This document shows, piece after piece, positions 36,918 through 47,216 of a stretch of 64,000 nt of DNA (its first letter is position 1; every line of letters starts with the position of its first letter). A model generated the notes under the pieces. That model made no database searches and was not told the origin of the DNA. It worked only from the letters and a program-made list of their open reading frames with translations. Position numbers and translations under genes: made by a program. The stretch lies in the NCBI GenBank assembly GCA_038063715.1, contig JBBTUO010000007.1, positions 1,540-65,539 on the forward strand, read 5' to 3'. This stretch comes from Patescibacteria group bacterium. Lineage in GTDB: Bacteria; Patescibacteriota; Minisyncoccia; Phycocordibacterales; SIBU01.

Positions 36918-37271
36918 TCAATACAGAGAATCTCTTTGATAGGCCGTCACAACATCCGGGTGCAGAGCGATCGAAAAAAGGTTCAAGCAAGGGGGGTTTT
37001 GACAATTAATCACACCGACACCCGCCACATTAGGATCGCCTCGGCGGATTGTGCTGTCAAAACCAACCAGCGCGCCTCGCCAGATGGTAGCCGCAGGTCG
37101 CTTAGTGTCACCGAAACAGAAAAAAGAAAAGTTTTTGCAATGTGGACACAAAAACCCGTGTTCATCGGCGCAGGGCATTTCTGGAGTCGGATGTATGCCC
37201 CAACTAGACCAATGGATCGGCTCTGATCTGACAGGGCTGAGGATTAACGATGAAGATGCTGCGTTTCGCAT
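36918..37271 (-). CDS. Possible small zinc-ribbon protein
   Basis: CPHC and CQNPPC motifs; hairpin GCCCCGA-CAAAC-TCGGGGC with T-tract on the minus strand at about 36866-36894. Confidence 0.5.
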   Translation of the reverse strand: MRNAASSSLILSPVRSEPIHWSSWGIHPTPEMPCADEHGFLCPHCKNFSFFCFGDTKRPAATIWRGALVGFDSTIRRGDPNVAGVGVINCQNPPCLNLFSIALHPDVVTAYQRDSLY

Positions 37272-37516
37272 AATTGAAAAGTTTTGAAGTGAACAAATTT
37301 AAAACCAAAACCACAATCAGTATGTTCATAAAGCCGATTTTTGTCAAAGTGGCCGATGTTTGGAATTTTTGCTACACTGGGCAACATTACAAGCCTGTAG
37401 CTTTGGATAGGTAGGCCTGAACAATCGTTCAAGTCTAAAATCTGAAGCTACTTTAAAATTGGATGGACGAGTATTCGTAGCAATTCGTATATTCGTACAC
37501 ATTCGTATATTTGTAT

Positions 37517-39634
37517 ATGCGCAAGCAAGAATACTCGATTGAACTTGGCGGGAAAACTTTAACAGCAACCTTTAGCGACCTAGCCGAGCAAGCCAACGGC
37601 TCAGTGCTTATTCGCTATGGCAACACTGTTTTCCTTGCCACGGCAGTGATGTCGAAAGGGCAAAAGGACGGAGACTGGTTTCCACTCACTGTGGACTACG
37701 AAGAGCGTTTTTACGCAAGCGGAAAAATTCTTGGTAGCAGATTTGTGCGACGCGAAGGACGACCGAGCGAAGAGGCGATTTTGTCCGGTAGAATTGTGGA
37801 CCGAACCATTCGTCCACTTTTCGATCAACACATCAGATACGAAGTACAGGTGGTAATCACGGTGCTTGCCGTAGACGAGGACGACCCAGATGTTTTGGGC
37901 GTCATCGGCGCCTCTCTTGCACTTGGAACCTCAAATATTCCTTGGAATGGCCCTGTTTCAGCGGTACGAATTGGAATGGAAAAAGGTAAAGATGGTTTCA
38001 TAATTAATCCGACCTACAAGGTGCGTGATGGCGCCGATTACTGCGCGGATATTCTTGCTTGTGGAAAAGATGGGCACATCAATATGATTGAGGTTGGTGG
38101 AAAAGAAGTTCCAGAAAAAACCCTCATGGCTGGACTTAAAAAAGCCTCGGAGGAAATAGAAAAATTGCAGGAATTCCAGAAAAAAATTATTGCTGAAATT
38201 GGTGTCACCAAAAAAGAGGTGCCTGTGCCTGAAATGCCTAAAGAACTTGTATCCCTTTTCAACGAGCACATTGAGAAAAAATTACCTGAATCAGTGATGT
38301 CGGGCAAACCGGGACATGACGCGATTTACGAAATAAAAGGGGAGTGGATGGAGTTGTTCAAGGCTACTTTTCCTGAAATAAAAGCAGCTTTTGCCGACTC
38401 ATATTTTGAAGAAAAGGTGAATGAAATAATTCACAGAGAAGCTGTGGAAAATGGAAAAAGACCAGACAGTAGAGGGATGGATCAGTTACGACCGCTATTT
38501 GCACAGGCAGGTGGCATTTCACCTATACTTCACGGCTCTGGAATTTTCTATCGTGGAGGAACACATATTTTTTCCGCGCTGACTTTGGGAGGCCCTGGAG
38601 AATCACAGGTGGTGGAAGGGATGGAATTTCAAACAAAAAAGCGATTCATGCATCACTACAATTTTCCTCCGTTCTCGTCTGGAGAAACAGGGAGAATTGG
38701 TTCGACCAACAGACGAATGATCGGCCACGGCGCACTTGCGGAAAAAGCATTATCGGCTGTTTTGCCACCAAAAGAAACTTTCCCATACACTATTCGTCTA
38801 GTGTCAGAAGCGTTCGCGTCCAACGGCTCGACCTCGATGGGTTCGGTCTGCGGTTCTACTATCGCAATGATGGATGGAGGAATTCCAATTACCGCGCCAG
38901 TTGCCGGTATCGCGTCCGGACTCATGATGAAGAATGAAAAAGAATACAAGGTGCTCACTGACATTCAGGGGCCAGAGGACCATCATGGTGACATGGATTT
39001 TAAAGTTGCTGGTACGACAGCGGGGGTTACTGCAGTGCAAATGGATGTGAAAGTTGGAGGTATTCCACTGCATATTCTTGAGGAAGCATTTGAAAAGGCG
39101 AAACAAGCCCGGCTTCAAATTCTCGAGGTGATTACAAAAGAAATTGCACAACCTCGCGCTGACATTTCACCAAACGCACCGAAAATTTTGGTTATAAAAA
39201 TCAACCCAGACCAAATTGGTCTTGTTATCGGAAGCGGCGGCAAAACCATAAATGAAATCCGAGATACAACGGGGGTTACCGGAATTGATATCGAGGAGGA
39301 TGGTACCGTCTTCATCACTGGTAAAGACGGAAGCGCGGAAGCGGCGAAGAAAATTATTGAGGACATGACTCGAGAATACAAACCTGGTGAAAAATTTATT
39401 GGTACTGTTGTAAAAATTGCCGAGTTCGGAGCATTTGTTTCAATCAGTCCAAACGCTGACGGACTCGTTCATGTTTCAGAAATGGCAAACTTTAGAATTG
39501 ATCGAGTAGAAATGTACCTTAAGGTGGGCGACAAAGTGCCAGTGGTAGTAAAAGAAATAGATAAAGAGAAGGGGCGGATTAAATTGTCAATAAAGGACGC
39601 TGATCCTGATTTCATTAAGCGCAAAGCCGCTTAA
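37517..39634 (+). CDS. pnp: Polyribonucleotide nucleotidyltransferase (PNPase)
   Basis: FPLTVDYEE, RREGRP, HYNFPPFS, SNGSTSM, DMDFKVAGT, KH and S1 domains. Confidence 0.98.
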   Translation: MRKQEYSIELGGKTLTATFSDLAEQANGSVLIRYGNTVFLATAVMSKGQKDGDWFPLTVDYEERFYASGKILGSRFVRREGRPSEEAILSGRIVDRTIRPLFDQHIRYEVQVVITVLAVDEDDPDVLGVIGASLALGTSNIPWNGPVSAVRIGMEKGKDGFIINPTYKVRDGADYCADILACGKDGHINMIEVGGKEVPEKTLMAGLKKASEEIEKLQEFQKKIIAEIGVTKKEVPVPEMPKELVSLFNEHIEKKLPESVMSGKPGHDAIYEIKGEWMELFKATFPEIKAAFADSYFEEKVNEIIHREAVENGKRPDSRGMDQLRPLFAQAGGISPILHGSGIFYRGGTHIFSALTLGGPGESQVVEGMEFQTKKRFMHHYNFPPFSSGETGRIGSTNRRMIGHGALAEKALSAVLPPKETFPYTIRLVSEAFASNGSTSMGSVCGSTIAMMDGGIPITAPVAGIASGLMMKNEKEYKVLTDIQGPEDHHGDMDFKVAGTTAGVTAVQMDVKVGGIPLHILEEAFEKAKQARLQILEVITKEIAQPRADISPNAPKILVIKINPDQIGLVIGSGGKTINEIRDTTGVTGIDIEEDGTVFITGKDGSAEAAKKIIEDMTREYKPGEKFIGTVVKIAEFGAFVSISPNADGLVHVSEMANFRIDRVEMYLKVGDKVPVVVKEIDKEKGRIKLSIKDADPDFIKRKAA

Positions 39635-39635
39635 T

Positions 39636-39728
39636 GAAATAATTTCTAAATTATAATTTCTAATTTCTAAAAACCCTAGGATCATTTGGAAATTTCATTA
39701 GATATTAGGACTTAGAAAGTAGAAATTT
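39636..39728. repeat. 7-bp-period inverted repeat element
   Basis: TAATTTCTAAATTATAATTTCTAATTTCTAA ... TTAGATATTAGGACTTAGAAAGTAGAAATT. Confidence 0.8.
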
Positions 39729-39773
39729 ATTTTGAAACTTGGCTCAAGCGAATTTATTTGCGACAATGTAACT

Positions 39774-40670
39774 ATGCCAGACAGCCAAGAAACACAAGAC
39801 TCGGCGCCCAAGCCTCTTCGCACATATCAAAGCGACGTTGAAGCGATCCTAAAAGAAGGTGACGGATCATTTGCAAAAATCGCAATCGCTGAAAGCGAAC
39901 GCCAAGCTCGTGGTGGTTTTGCCCCGGAGGAAGTGGCGACGCCAAACCATAATCGCCTCATCGTTGGGATAAGTGTTACGCTTATTGTTATAAGTATTGG
40001 AGTACTGTCGGGGCTATATTTTTTTAGGGACGCTTCAAAAAATCCTGTAGAAATCTCTGGACCAAAACCATTGATCGTAACTGATGCACAAAAAAATTTA
40101 AATATCGCTTTCCTTACTCGTGACCAAATTATTAATACACTTATACGAGAGCGGGATAGCAACAGTGCAACTCTATCATCAATAGTTGGTATTCAATTAA
40201 ATGAGGGGGCGGGGGAAACTGCCAAGGCTGTGACCACTAAACAATTTTTAGAAGCGCTAAACATTGAGGCACCAGAGGAACTCGCTAGAACACTGAATGA
40301 TAATTTTATGCTCGGAATCTACGCGCTAAACAGGAATCAACCTTTTCTAATATTGAAAACCAGTTATTACCAAAACGCCTTCGCGGGAATGCTCGAATGG
40401 GAAAAAACCTTGCGGGCTGACATCGGCTCTATTTTTATAGTCCCTGAACCGGCAGCCTTCGCGTCCACCAGTGATCAAATCACCAGCAGAAGTAATTTAT
40501 TTGAGGATGTCGTAGTAAAAAACAGGGATTCCAGAGCTATTCGCGGGGAAAGCGGAAAAATAATTTTCCTATATTCTTTTGCTGACAAAGAGACGATAAT
40601 TTTTACCACAAACGCAGACGCCCTAGAAAAAGTGGCGGCACAGCTCTTAGCGGGTAAACTAGTACAATAA
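39774..40670 (+). CDS. Conserved-looking hypothetical membrane-anchored protein
   Basis: LRTYQSD motif, single TM, AFAGMLEWE, FEDVVVKNRD. Confidence 0.75.
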   Translation: MPDSQETQDSAPKPLRTYQSDVEAILKEGDGSFAKIAIAESERQARGGFAPEEVATPNHNRLIVGISVTLIVISIGVLSGLYFFRDASKNPVEISGPKPLIVTDAQKNLNIAFLTRDQIINTLIRERDSNSATLSSIVGIQLNEGAGETAKAVTTKQFLEALNIEAPEELARTLNDNFMLGIYALNRNQPFLILKTSYYQNAFAGMLEWEKTLRADIGSIFIVPEPAAFASTSDQITSRSNLFEDVVVKNRDSRAIRGESGKIIFLYSFADKETIIFTTNADALEKVAAQLLAGKLVQ

Positions 40671-40694
40671 AAAGAAAGTTGATATGATGTAATT

Positions 40695-41057
40695 ATGGAA
40701 AATACACATATAAAACATTTCGAAGGGCTCCTAAAAAATGAACTGTCGATCTTGGAGCAAGAACTAAAGAGCATTGGCCAAAGGAACCCCAGGAACCCAG
40801 CTGATTGGGAGGCGAAACCAGATCTAATGGACACCATGCCTGCCGATTCAAATGAAGTAGCAGACAGCATTGAATCATACGAAGAAAATACTGGCATACT
40901 AAAGCAACTTGAAATTCGTTTTAACGAAGTAAAAAAAGCACTCGAAAGAACAAAAAATGGAACGTACGGTCTCTGCGAAGTGGACCGGGAGCCAATTGAA
41001 ACAAAAAGACTCGAGGCTAATCCTGCGGCTACTACATGTACTAAGCATATGAAATAA
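40695..41057 (+). CDS. TraR/DksA family protein
   Basis: Coiled coil; ALERTKNGTYGLCEVDREPIETKRLEANPAATTCTKH. Confidence 0.88.
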   Translation: MENTHIKHFEGLLKNELSILEQELKSIGQRNPRNPADWEAKPDLMDTMPADSNEVADSIESYEENTGILKQLEIRFNEVKKALERTKNGTYGLCEVDREPIETKRLEANPAATTCTKHMK

Positions 41058-41074
41058 AGTTTTCAAAAACTTTA

Positions 41075-41153
41075 TTAATTTCTAAATTATAATTTCTAAT
41101 TTCTAAACCGGAGTCAAATTCGAATTTTATTAGACATTAGTAATTAGAAATTT
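41075..41153. repeat. 7-bp-period inverted repeat element
   Basis: TAATTTCTAAATTATAATTTCTAATTTCTAA ... TTAGACATTAGTAATTAGAAATT. Confidence 0.8.
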
Positions 41154-41158
41154 ATCCC

Positions 41159-42709
41159 ATGTCTTTTTCAAAAGTCTACAGCGCCCAAACCACACTCTTA
41201 TCGGCGCAAATTATTACCGTTGAAGTAGATCTATCAAAAGGTCTACATTCTTTTTCGATAGTTGGGCTTCCAGACAAGGGGGTGGAAGAATCGCGTGATC
41301 GGGTGTCGGCCGCTATCAAAAACTCCGGGCTACAGTCTCCGAAACAAAAGAATCAGAAAATAACTGTTTCACTAGCTCCCGCTGACGTCAAAAAGGAGGG
41401 GCCGATTTTTGATTTAGCAATTGCGCTCGCCTACATACATGCCACTGAAGAGAATCGTTTTGAGGCTGAGGGGAAAATTTTTCTCGGAGAGCTCTCACTT
41501 GATGGAAAATTACGAAGAATAAATGGTGTGCTTCCTCTAGCCCGTCGTGCACGAGATGCCGGTTTCACAGAAATATACGTTCCGGAGGAAAATGCTCGTG
41601 AGGCCGCCCTGATAGAGGGAATAAAAGTTTTTGGTGTTAAAAGTCTTGAACAAGTATTGAACCATCTCGAAACACAAGCGCAACCTGACCATGTCGGTAA
41701 AATGATAGCGCATCAAGAAAAAACAGCTCCAAGCAAAAAATCAGAATCATACGAAGTAGATTTTTCAGATATAAAAGGTCAGGAGACGGCAAAAAGAGGG
41801 TTGGAAATTGCTGCGGCTGGTGGGCACAATATCGCAATGTTCGGACCACCGGGCACCGGCAAGACAATGCTTGCCAAAGCCTTCCGTCACATTATGCCGC
41901 CACTTTCTTTTGAAAAAATTCTTGATGTGACGGCAATACATTCCGTTGCCGGGATTCTAAAAGGGGATATGCTCGCTGAACCACCACTTCGATCACCTCA
42001 CCACACAGCGTCCTATGTTTCACTTGTTGGAGGAGGAACTATACCGAAACCAGGAGAGGTTACTTTGGCTCACCATGGCATATTATTTTTAGATGAATTC
42101 GCAGAATTCGAGCGACGAGCGATTGATGCTTTGCGCGAACCACTTGAGGAGCGAGTGATGAGTGTGTCTCGAGCACGCGGGACAGTACAATTTCCAGCAC
42201 GATTTACTTTGATTGCCGCCATGAATCCGTGTCCTTGTGGTAACCACGGCTCAACTGAAAAACACTGCGTGTGCAGTCCGATAATACTGAAACGATACAA
42301 AGATAAAATTTCTGGACCAATTATCGATCGAATCGACATCTGGCTTGAAGTGCCAAGAATTTCGCATCAAACTTTGTCGGCCAAATCTGGAATTGAAACC
42401 ACAGATGAGGTACGAAAACGAGTCATCAAAGCCAGAGAGATTCAAGAAAAAAGATTTAAAAATCATAAGCGCGCAATTGATACCAACAGCGACATGAATG
42501 CGCGTGACATCAGCAACTTGATCGGGCTCGATGAAAAAGTTACAAAAACTTTAAATACATCGGCCGAACGCCTCGGACTGTCCGGCCGAGCCTATCACCG
42601 TGTCATCAAGCTCGCCCGCACCATCGCCGACCTCGACGGCGCGGAAAATATAAATGAGTCTCATGTACTAGAAGCGATTCAATATCGTCCAAGGCAGTTG
42701 ACACAGTAG
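41159..42709 (+). CDS. comM: ComM/YifB Mg-chelatase-like AAA+ ATPase
   Basis: VGLPD, LAPAD.KKEG..FDL, GPPGTGKT, RSPHHTAS, LFLDE, AMNPCPCG, ARTIADL. Confidence 0.95.
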   Translation: MSFSKVYSAQTTLLSAQIITVEVDLSKGLHSFSIVGLPDKGVEESRDRVSAAIKNSGLQSPKQKNQKITVSLAPADVKKEGPIFDLAIALAYIHATEENRFEAEGKIFLGELSLDGKLRRINGVLPLARRARDAGFTEIYVPEENAREAALIEGIKVFGVKSLEQVLNHLETQAQPDHVGKMIAHQEKTAPSKKSESYEVDFSDIKGQETAKRGLEIAAAGGHNIAMFGPPGTGKTMLAKAFRHIMPPLSFEKILDVTAIHSVAGILKGDMLAEPPLRSPHHTASYVSLVGGGTIPKPGEVTLAHHGILFLDEFAEFERRAIDALREPLEERVMSVSRARGTVQFPARFTLIAAMNPCPCGNHGSTEKHCVCSPIILKRYKDKISGPIIDRIDIWLEVPRISHQTLSAKSGIETTDEVRKRVIKAREIQEKRFKNHKRAIDTNSDMNARDISNLIGLDEKVTKTLNTSAERLGLSGRAYHRVIKLARTIADLDGAENINESHVLEAIQYRPRQLTQ

Positions 42710-42732
42710 TGCAGGTTGCTGAATCAAAATGG

Positions 42733-42814
42733 GTTTACGTCGCGCTGCGGCAACAGAGGAGGCGCGACGTCCTCAATTGTTGCAACCGCGGAGTACCGTG
42801 GGCAAAATTGGGAA
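42733..42814 (-). repeat. REP-like hairpin repeat, copy 5 (reverse orientation)
   Basis: Reverse complement closely matches 29215-29298. Confidence 0.85.
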
Positions 42815-42903
42815 CAAAAACCGCCCGGCTTTCGGGGGTTTTATTCTTAAATCCTAAATCTAAAATCTTGAATCCGAATCCGTTTTAGTACACCCTTGGC
42901 GTA

Positions 42904-43896
42904 CTAAAACGGATTCTTGGCTCCTCGAACCTCAAAGTGTAAGTGCGCCCCCGTCGACTTACCCGTAGAACCAACGTAACCGATTACCTGACCTTGGAAA
43001 ACATCCTGACCCTGATTCGCAATATTTGCGCTCATATGAGAATAAAGAGTTTGAGTTCCATTTGGATGCGCAATAACGACATACTCTCCGTAACCACCGT
43101 TCCAGCCATAATTTTTACTTACAATGACAGTACCCGCGGCAGCGGCCATAATCGGAGTACCATTTGGCGCGCCGAGGTCAATTCCGTTGTAACCATGTAG
43201 ACCCTGTGTTCTAACATAAGCCGCGAGAGGCGCTCGATAATAACCTGAATAATTTGGACCTCCCGCTCCTCGAAGCTTGCTCGTCGGCTGAGAAACTTTC
43301 GGAGTAGCAATTTCTCCATCGGGAATAATGAGGGTGCTACCGACAGCCAAAGGTGAATCGGCTTTCAAAGCATTGAACTGAATGATTTCATTTGCATCAG
43401 CCTTGTACTTGATGGCAATAGTCTTAATAGTATCCCCAGTCTTAACTGTGTACTGTAAACCCGAAATAGGGAGGATAACGAGCTGATCACCTGGTCGCAA
43501 AGTGCTTGCGCTCACGTCATTGGCCCACATCACCGTACTAACCGAAACACCGAACATCTTGGCAATCTGAGAAAGAGTGTCGCCTTTGCGTACTACATAG
43601 ATACTAATCTGATCTGAGTGGCTTTCTTCAATATCAACCATAGTACCGGAAGGTCCTGATTCAGGAAGAAGGGCACTGTCAGCAACAACAGTAATATCAC
43701 CCCCACCTTTGGCCAAAATTTTGTTAGGGTTTAGAGTTGCCTGGGGTAGAACAATATTTTGAGATGTAACTACAGAAGCCACCTGTGCAGCCTCAACCTT
43801 GCCCAAAAACAAGCCAGACATCACCGATAAAATGCTAGCCTGAGCAAGGGAAGGCATGGTAAGTGTAACCACAGCAATTAGGAGCCTTGTATACAA
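42904..43896 (-). CDS. LysM x2 + M23 metallopeptidase
   Basis: YVVRKGDTLSQIA, YTVKTGDT; NGIDL, GGYG, YSH, STGAHLHFEV. Confidence 0.93.
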   Translation of the reverse strand: MYTRLLIAVVTLTMPSLAQASILSVMSGLFLGKVEAAQVASVVTSQNIVLPQATLNPNKILAKGGGDITVVADSALLPESGPSGTMVDIEESHSDQISIYVVRKGDTLSQIAKMFGVSVSTVMWANDVSASTLRPGDQLVILPISGLQYTVKTGDTIKTIAIKYKADANEIIQFNALKADSPLAVGSTLIIPDGEIATPKVSQPTSKLRGAGGPNYSGYYRAPLAAYVRTQGLHGYNGIDLGAPNGTPIMAAAAGTVIVSKNYGWNGGYGEYVVIAHPNGTQTLYSHMSANIANQGQDVFQGQVIGYVGSTGKSTGAHLHFEVRGAKNPF

Positions 43897-44397
43897 AAGG
43901 CTCCTAATTGAGGATTTTATGGCCTTGTTGAGCCTTTTTTTGGATTTAGGCCAACAAGATATGAGAATGTCTTTTAAAATAAGCCTATATTCTTAGCTAT
44001 TCTGCCGGTCATTCGGTAAAGTGGCTCTGTGAAGCCATATAAGGAAAATCACTCTTGCCTCTCTATACCTTTTATTATAGTCTTTCCTACCCTGAAGTCA
44101 ACCTTTTAAATTACTCCTGTGGATAAGAATTGCTCGGTTAATTTCCTTCGCTGAAGCGCTTCGCAAGCTTGAAAATTGTGTCGGTTCGCTTGCGGTAAAT
44201 TAAAAACTCCTCAAAGATTCGTCAAACAGTTTAATTTACTGGCTCACCTCGTAATTTTCTAAACTTGCTACGCTAACCTGCTCAGTAAATCAACCTCGCT
44301 TACGACAACTCCCTAAAATTCAGAAATTTTATGGAGTTGTAGGTCATGAGACCTTTAATAGTTTCGTTTAATTCGTATTTTCGTATATTATTCCTGC

Positions 44398-46365
44398 ATG
44401 GAACATCTCACCGGGCTCAACGATCGACAAAAGGAAGCTGTCTTACAGACAACCGGACCACTTCTCATCATCGCGGGGGCGGGGGCGGGCAAAACGAAGA
44501 CCATAACTCACCGGATTCTAAACTTAATCAAAACCGGCGTTGCCCCTAAAAGTATCCTTGCCGTAACATTTACCAACAAAGCTGCGAAAGAAATGCGAGA
44601 CCGAGTGATGAAGCTCCTCGCCGAAGATAAAAGTCTCAATTTTCCCGTACCAAACTTTGAAACCTACAATTTCAACTCCAACATTCCTATAGTGAGTACT
44701 TTTCACTCGCTTGGCGTTCGCATCTTGCGAGAAAATTGTAAAACTCTAGGCATTCCGCTCCATTTTTCAATTTTAGACAAAGGAGACTCGATAAAATTCA
44801 TCAAAGATGCGATGGACGAGGCTGGAGTGGACAGAAAAAGTTTTGATCCAGGCCTTATTCAAAATTTAATCAGCAGAGAGAAGGGAAATGGCATATCGTG
44901 TGCCCAATTTGAAGCAAAAGCTGGTTCTGAATACATTCCAAGTACCGTGGCATCGGTCTGGAAACGTTACGAGGCCATGCTCTCAAAAGAAAAAGCCTTG
45001 GACTTTGATGATCTTCTCCTAAAAACGGCAACCTTGCTTCGGGACAATTCCGTCGTGCGAGAACACTACCAAAACACTTGGCAATATATTCACATTGATG
45101 AATATCAAGATACCAACCGGGTGCAATATCTGATTGCGAAATATTTGGCCGAGAAAAACAAAAATATCTGTGTAGTGGGGGATATCGATCAGACAATATA
45201 TTCTTGGCGAGGAGCAGACATAAAAAATATTTTGGGTTTCGAAAAAGATTATCCTGAGGCAAAAATGGTCATGCTCGAAGAAAATTATCGTTCCACCCAA
45301 ACAATTTTGACCGCGGCCAACCGAGTAATAGCCAAAAATAAAGTCAGACGGGACAAAAATTTGTTTACAAAAAACGGAGAAGGGGAGCTAGTGGGCCTTC
45401 TCGAAGCTTATGACGAAAATGACGAAGCTCGTTTTGTCGCCTTGAAATCTAAACAACTAATTGAGGAGAAGGGCGTGAAAGCTTCTGAAATCGCAGTGCT
45501 TTACCGTGCCAACTTCCAGGGTCGGGCACTAGAAGAAGCGATGCTGGGAAATGATGTGCCATACCAAGTCCTCGGAATCCGTTTTTTTGAGCGCAAGGAA
45601 GTAAAAGATGTGATTTCTTATCTAAAAGCATCATTAAACGAGGAGGGTCTGTCAGATTTGAAACGAATTATAAATGTTCCCGCTCGAGGTCTAGGTAAAG
45701 TGACCATTTTGAAAATTTTCTCGGGGCAAGAAGAAAGTTTGCCCGAAACAACTCGAAAAAAAGTGGCGAGCTTTAGGGCCATACTCGCGGGCATTAAGGA
45801 AAAAGCCCTTACAGAAAAGCCGTCACAAACTATCCGGCATATCATAAAAGAAAGTGGAATCGAGGCCGAACTACGCGCAGGAGGTAACGACGAAGCTGAA
45901 CGATTGGAAAATATTAGAGAGTTAGTAACATACGCCAGCAAATATGATGTATTTGAAAAACCAGAAGAGGGGATACTGCGCTTTATTGAAGAAGCGGCGC
46001 TCGCTTCCGATCAGGACGAACTGATGAAAGGGCACGAAGCGGTGAAACTAATGACGGTGCACGCGGCAAAAGGGCTCGAGTTTGAATATGTTTTCATCAC
46101 GGGTCTTGAGGCAGACTTGTTCCCTCACAAAAGGCATGACGGCGGCAAAATTGACGAGAGACAGGCGGAGGAAGAACGGAGACTTTTCTATGTGGCCTTG
46201 ACGCGGGCCAAGAAAAAATTGTACCTTTCATATGCAAGTATTCGGACCATTTATGGTTCAAAGCAGATCAATGTACCGTCAGAATTTGTGTTTGATATAG
46301 ATGATGAGCTCATTCAGAAAGAAGAAGCGTTTGAGGGAGGAGGTAAGATAATTTATTTAGATTAA
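44398..46365 (+). CDS. pcrA: UvrD/PcrA DNA helicase
   Basis: AGAGAGKT, TFTNKAA, IDEYQD, NYRS, MTVHAAKGLEF, EERRLFYVALTRA. Confidence 0.97.
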   Translation: MEHLTGLNDRQKEAVLQTTGPLLIIAGAGAGKTKTITHRILNLIKTGVAPKSILAVTFTNKAAKEMRDRVMKLLAEDKSLNFPVPNFETYNFNSNIPIVSTFHSLGVRILRENCKTLGIPLHFSILDKGDSIKFIKDAMDEAGVDRKSFDPGLIQNLISREKGNGISCAQFEAKAGSEYIPSTVASVWKRYEAMLSKEKALDFDDLLLKTATLLRDNSVVREHYQNTWQYIHIDEYQDTNRVQYLIAKYLAEKNKNICVVGDIDQTIYSWRGADIKNILGFEKDYPEAKMVMLEENYRSTQTILTAANRVIAKNKVRRDKNLFTKNGEGELVGLLEAYDENDEARFVALKSKQLIEEKGVKASEIAVLYRANFQGRALEEAMLGNDVPYQVLGIRFFERKEVKDVISYLKASLNEEGLSDLKRIINVPARGLGKVTILKIFSGQEESLPETTRKKVASFRAILAGIKEKALTEKPSQTIRHIIKESGIEAELRAGGNDEAERLENIRELVTYASKYDVFEKPEEGILRFIEEAALASDQDELMKGHEAVKLMTVHAAKGLEFEYVFITGLEADLFPHKRHDGGKIDERQAEEERRLFYVALTRAKKKLYLSYASIRTIYGSKQINVPSEFVFDIDDELIQKEEAFEGGGKIIYLD

Positions 46366-46415
46366 GAAATCCAAATAAATAATTCCTAATGTCTAAGTAC
46401 TAATTTCCAAAATCA

Positions 46416-47189
46416 ATGTTTCAAAAGAAATCATTAGGACAAAATTTTCTTAAATCAAAAAAGGTTCTCTCGGATATTGTTCAGGCTGGAAAAATACAGC
46501 CAGGGGAAACTGTTTTGGAAATTGGTCCAGGGGAGGGGTCACTTACGGAAGTATTACTATCGGCCGGTGCAAAAGTTGTAGCTGTGGAAAAAGATCGTCG
46601 ACTCATTCCAGTACTTAAACAAAAATTTGCGAAGGAAATTGCTAATGGCTCACTCACATTAAACGAGGCCGACATTCTTGACTTTAACCCCTCTTCTTCC
46701 CTAAAAGCTAGCAGCTACAAGCTAATAGCTAATATACCCTACTACATTACCGGCATGATTTTAGAAAAATTCTTATCTGGGGAAAATCCGCCAACACTCA
46801 TGGTGCTTATGGTACAGAAAGAAGTTGCGGAAAGAATTATGGCTCGAGATGGGAAAGAAAGTATTCTTTCAATGAGCGTTAAAGTTTATGGGACGCCGCG
46901 ATATGTCGGGACAGTAAAAGCAGGCAATTTTGTCCCGGCGCCAAATGTCGATTCCGCAATTCTTGCCATCGAAAATATTTCTAAGAAATTCTTCGCTGAT
47001 GTCTCGGAAGAAAAATTCTTTGCCGTCATGAAGGCGGGCTTTGCGCACAAACGCAAACAACTCCTCGGAAATTTAAAAACAAATTGGCCAAACATTACAA
47101 CGGAAACCCTGATCAAAATCGGCCTCAACCCAAAAATCCGCGCCGAAGATTTAACGCTCGAAAATTGGCTCGTACTGGCTAGAAACTAA
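46416..47189 (+). CDS. rsmA: 16S rRNA dimethyladenosine transferase RsmA/KsgA
   Basis: KKSLGQNFL, EIGPGEG, ANIPYYIT, QKEVA, FVPAPNVDS. Confidence 0.97.
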   Translation: MFQKKSLGQNFLKSKKVLSDIVQAGKIQPGETVLEIGPGEGSLTEVLLSAGAKVVAVEKDRRLIPVLKQKFAKEIANGSLTLNEADILDFNPSSSLKASSYKLIANIPYYITGMILEKFLSGENPPTLMVLMVQKEVAERIMARDGKESILSMSVKVYGTPRYVGTVKAGNFVPAPNVDSAILAIENISKKFFADVSEEKFFAVMKAGFAHKRKQLLGNLKTNWPNITTETLIKIGLNPKIRAEDLTLENWLVLARN

Positions 47190-47216
47190 TGCTTTGGGTT
47201 ACATTGTGAGCAGGCT

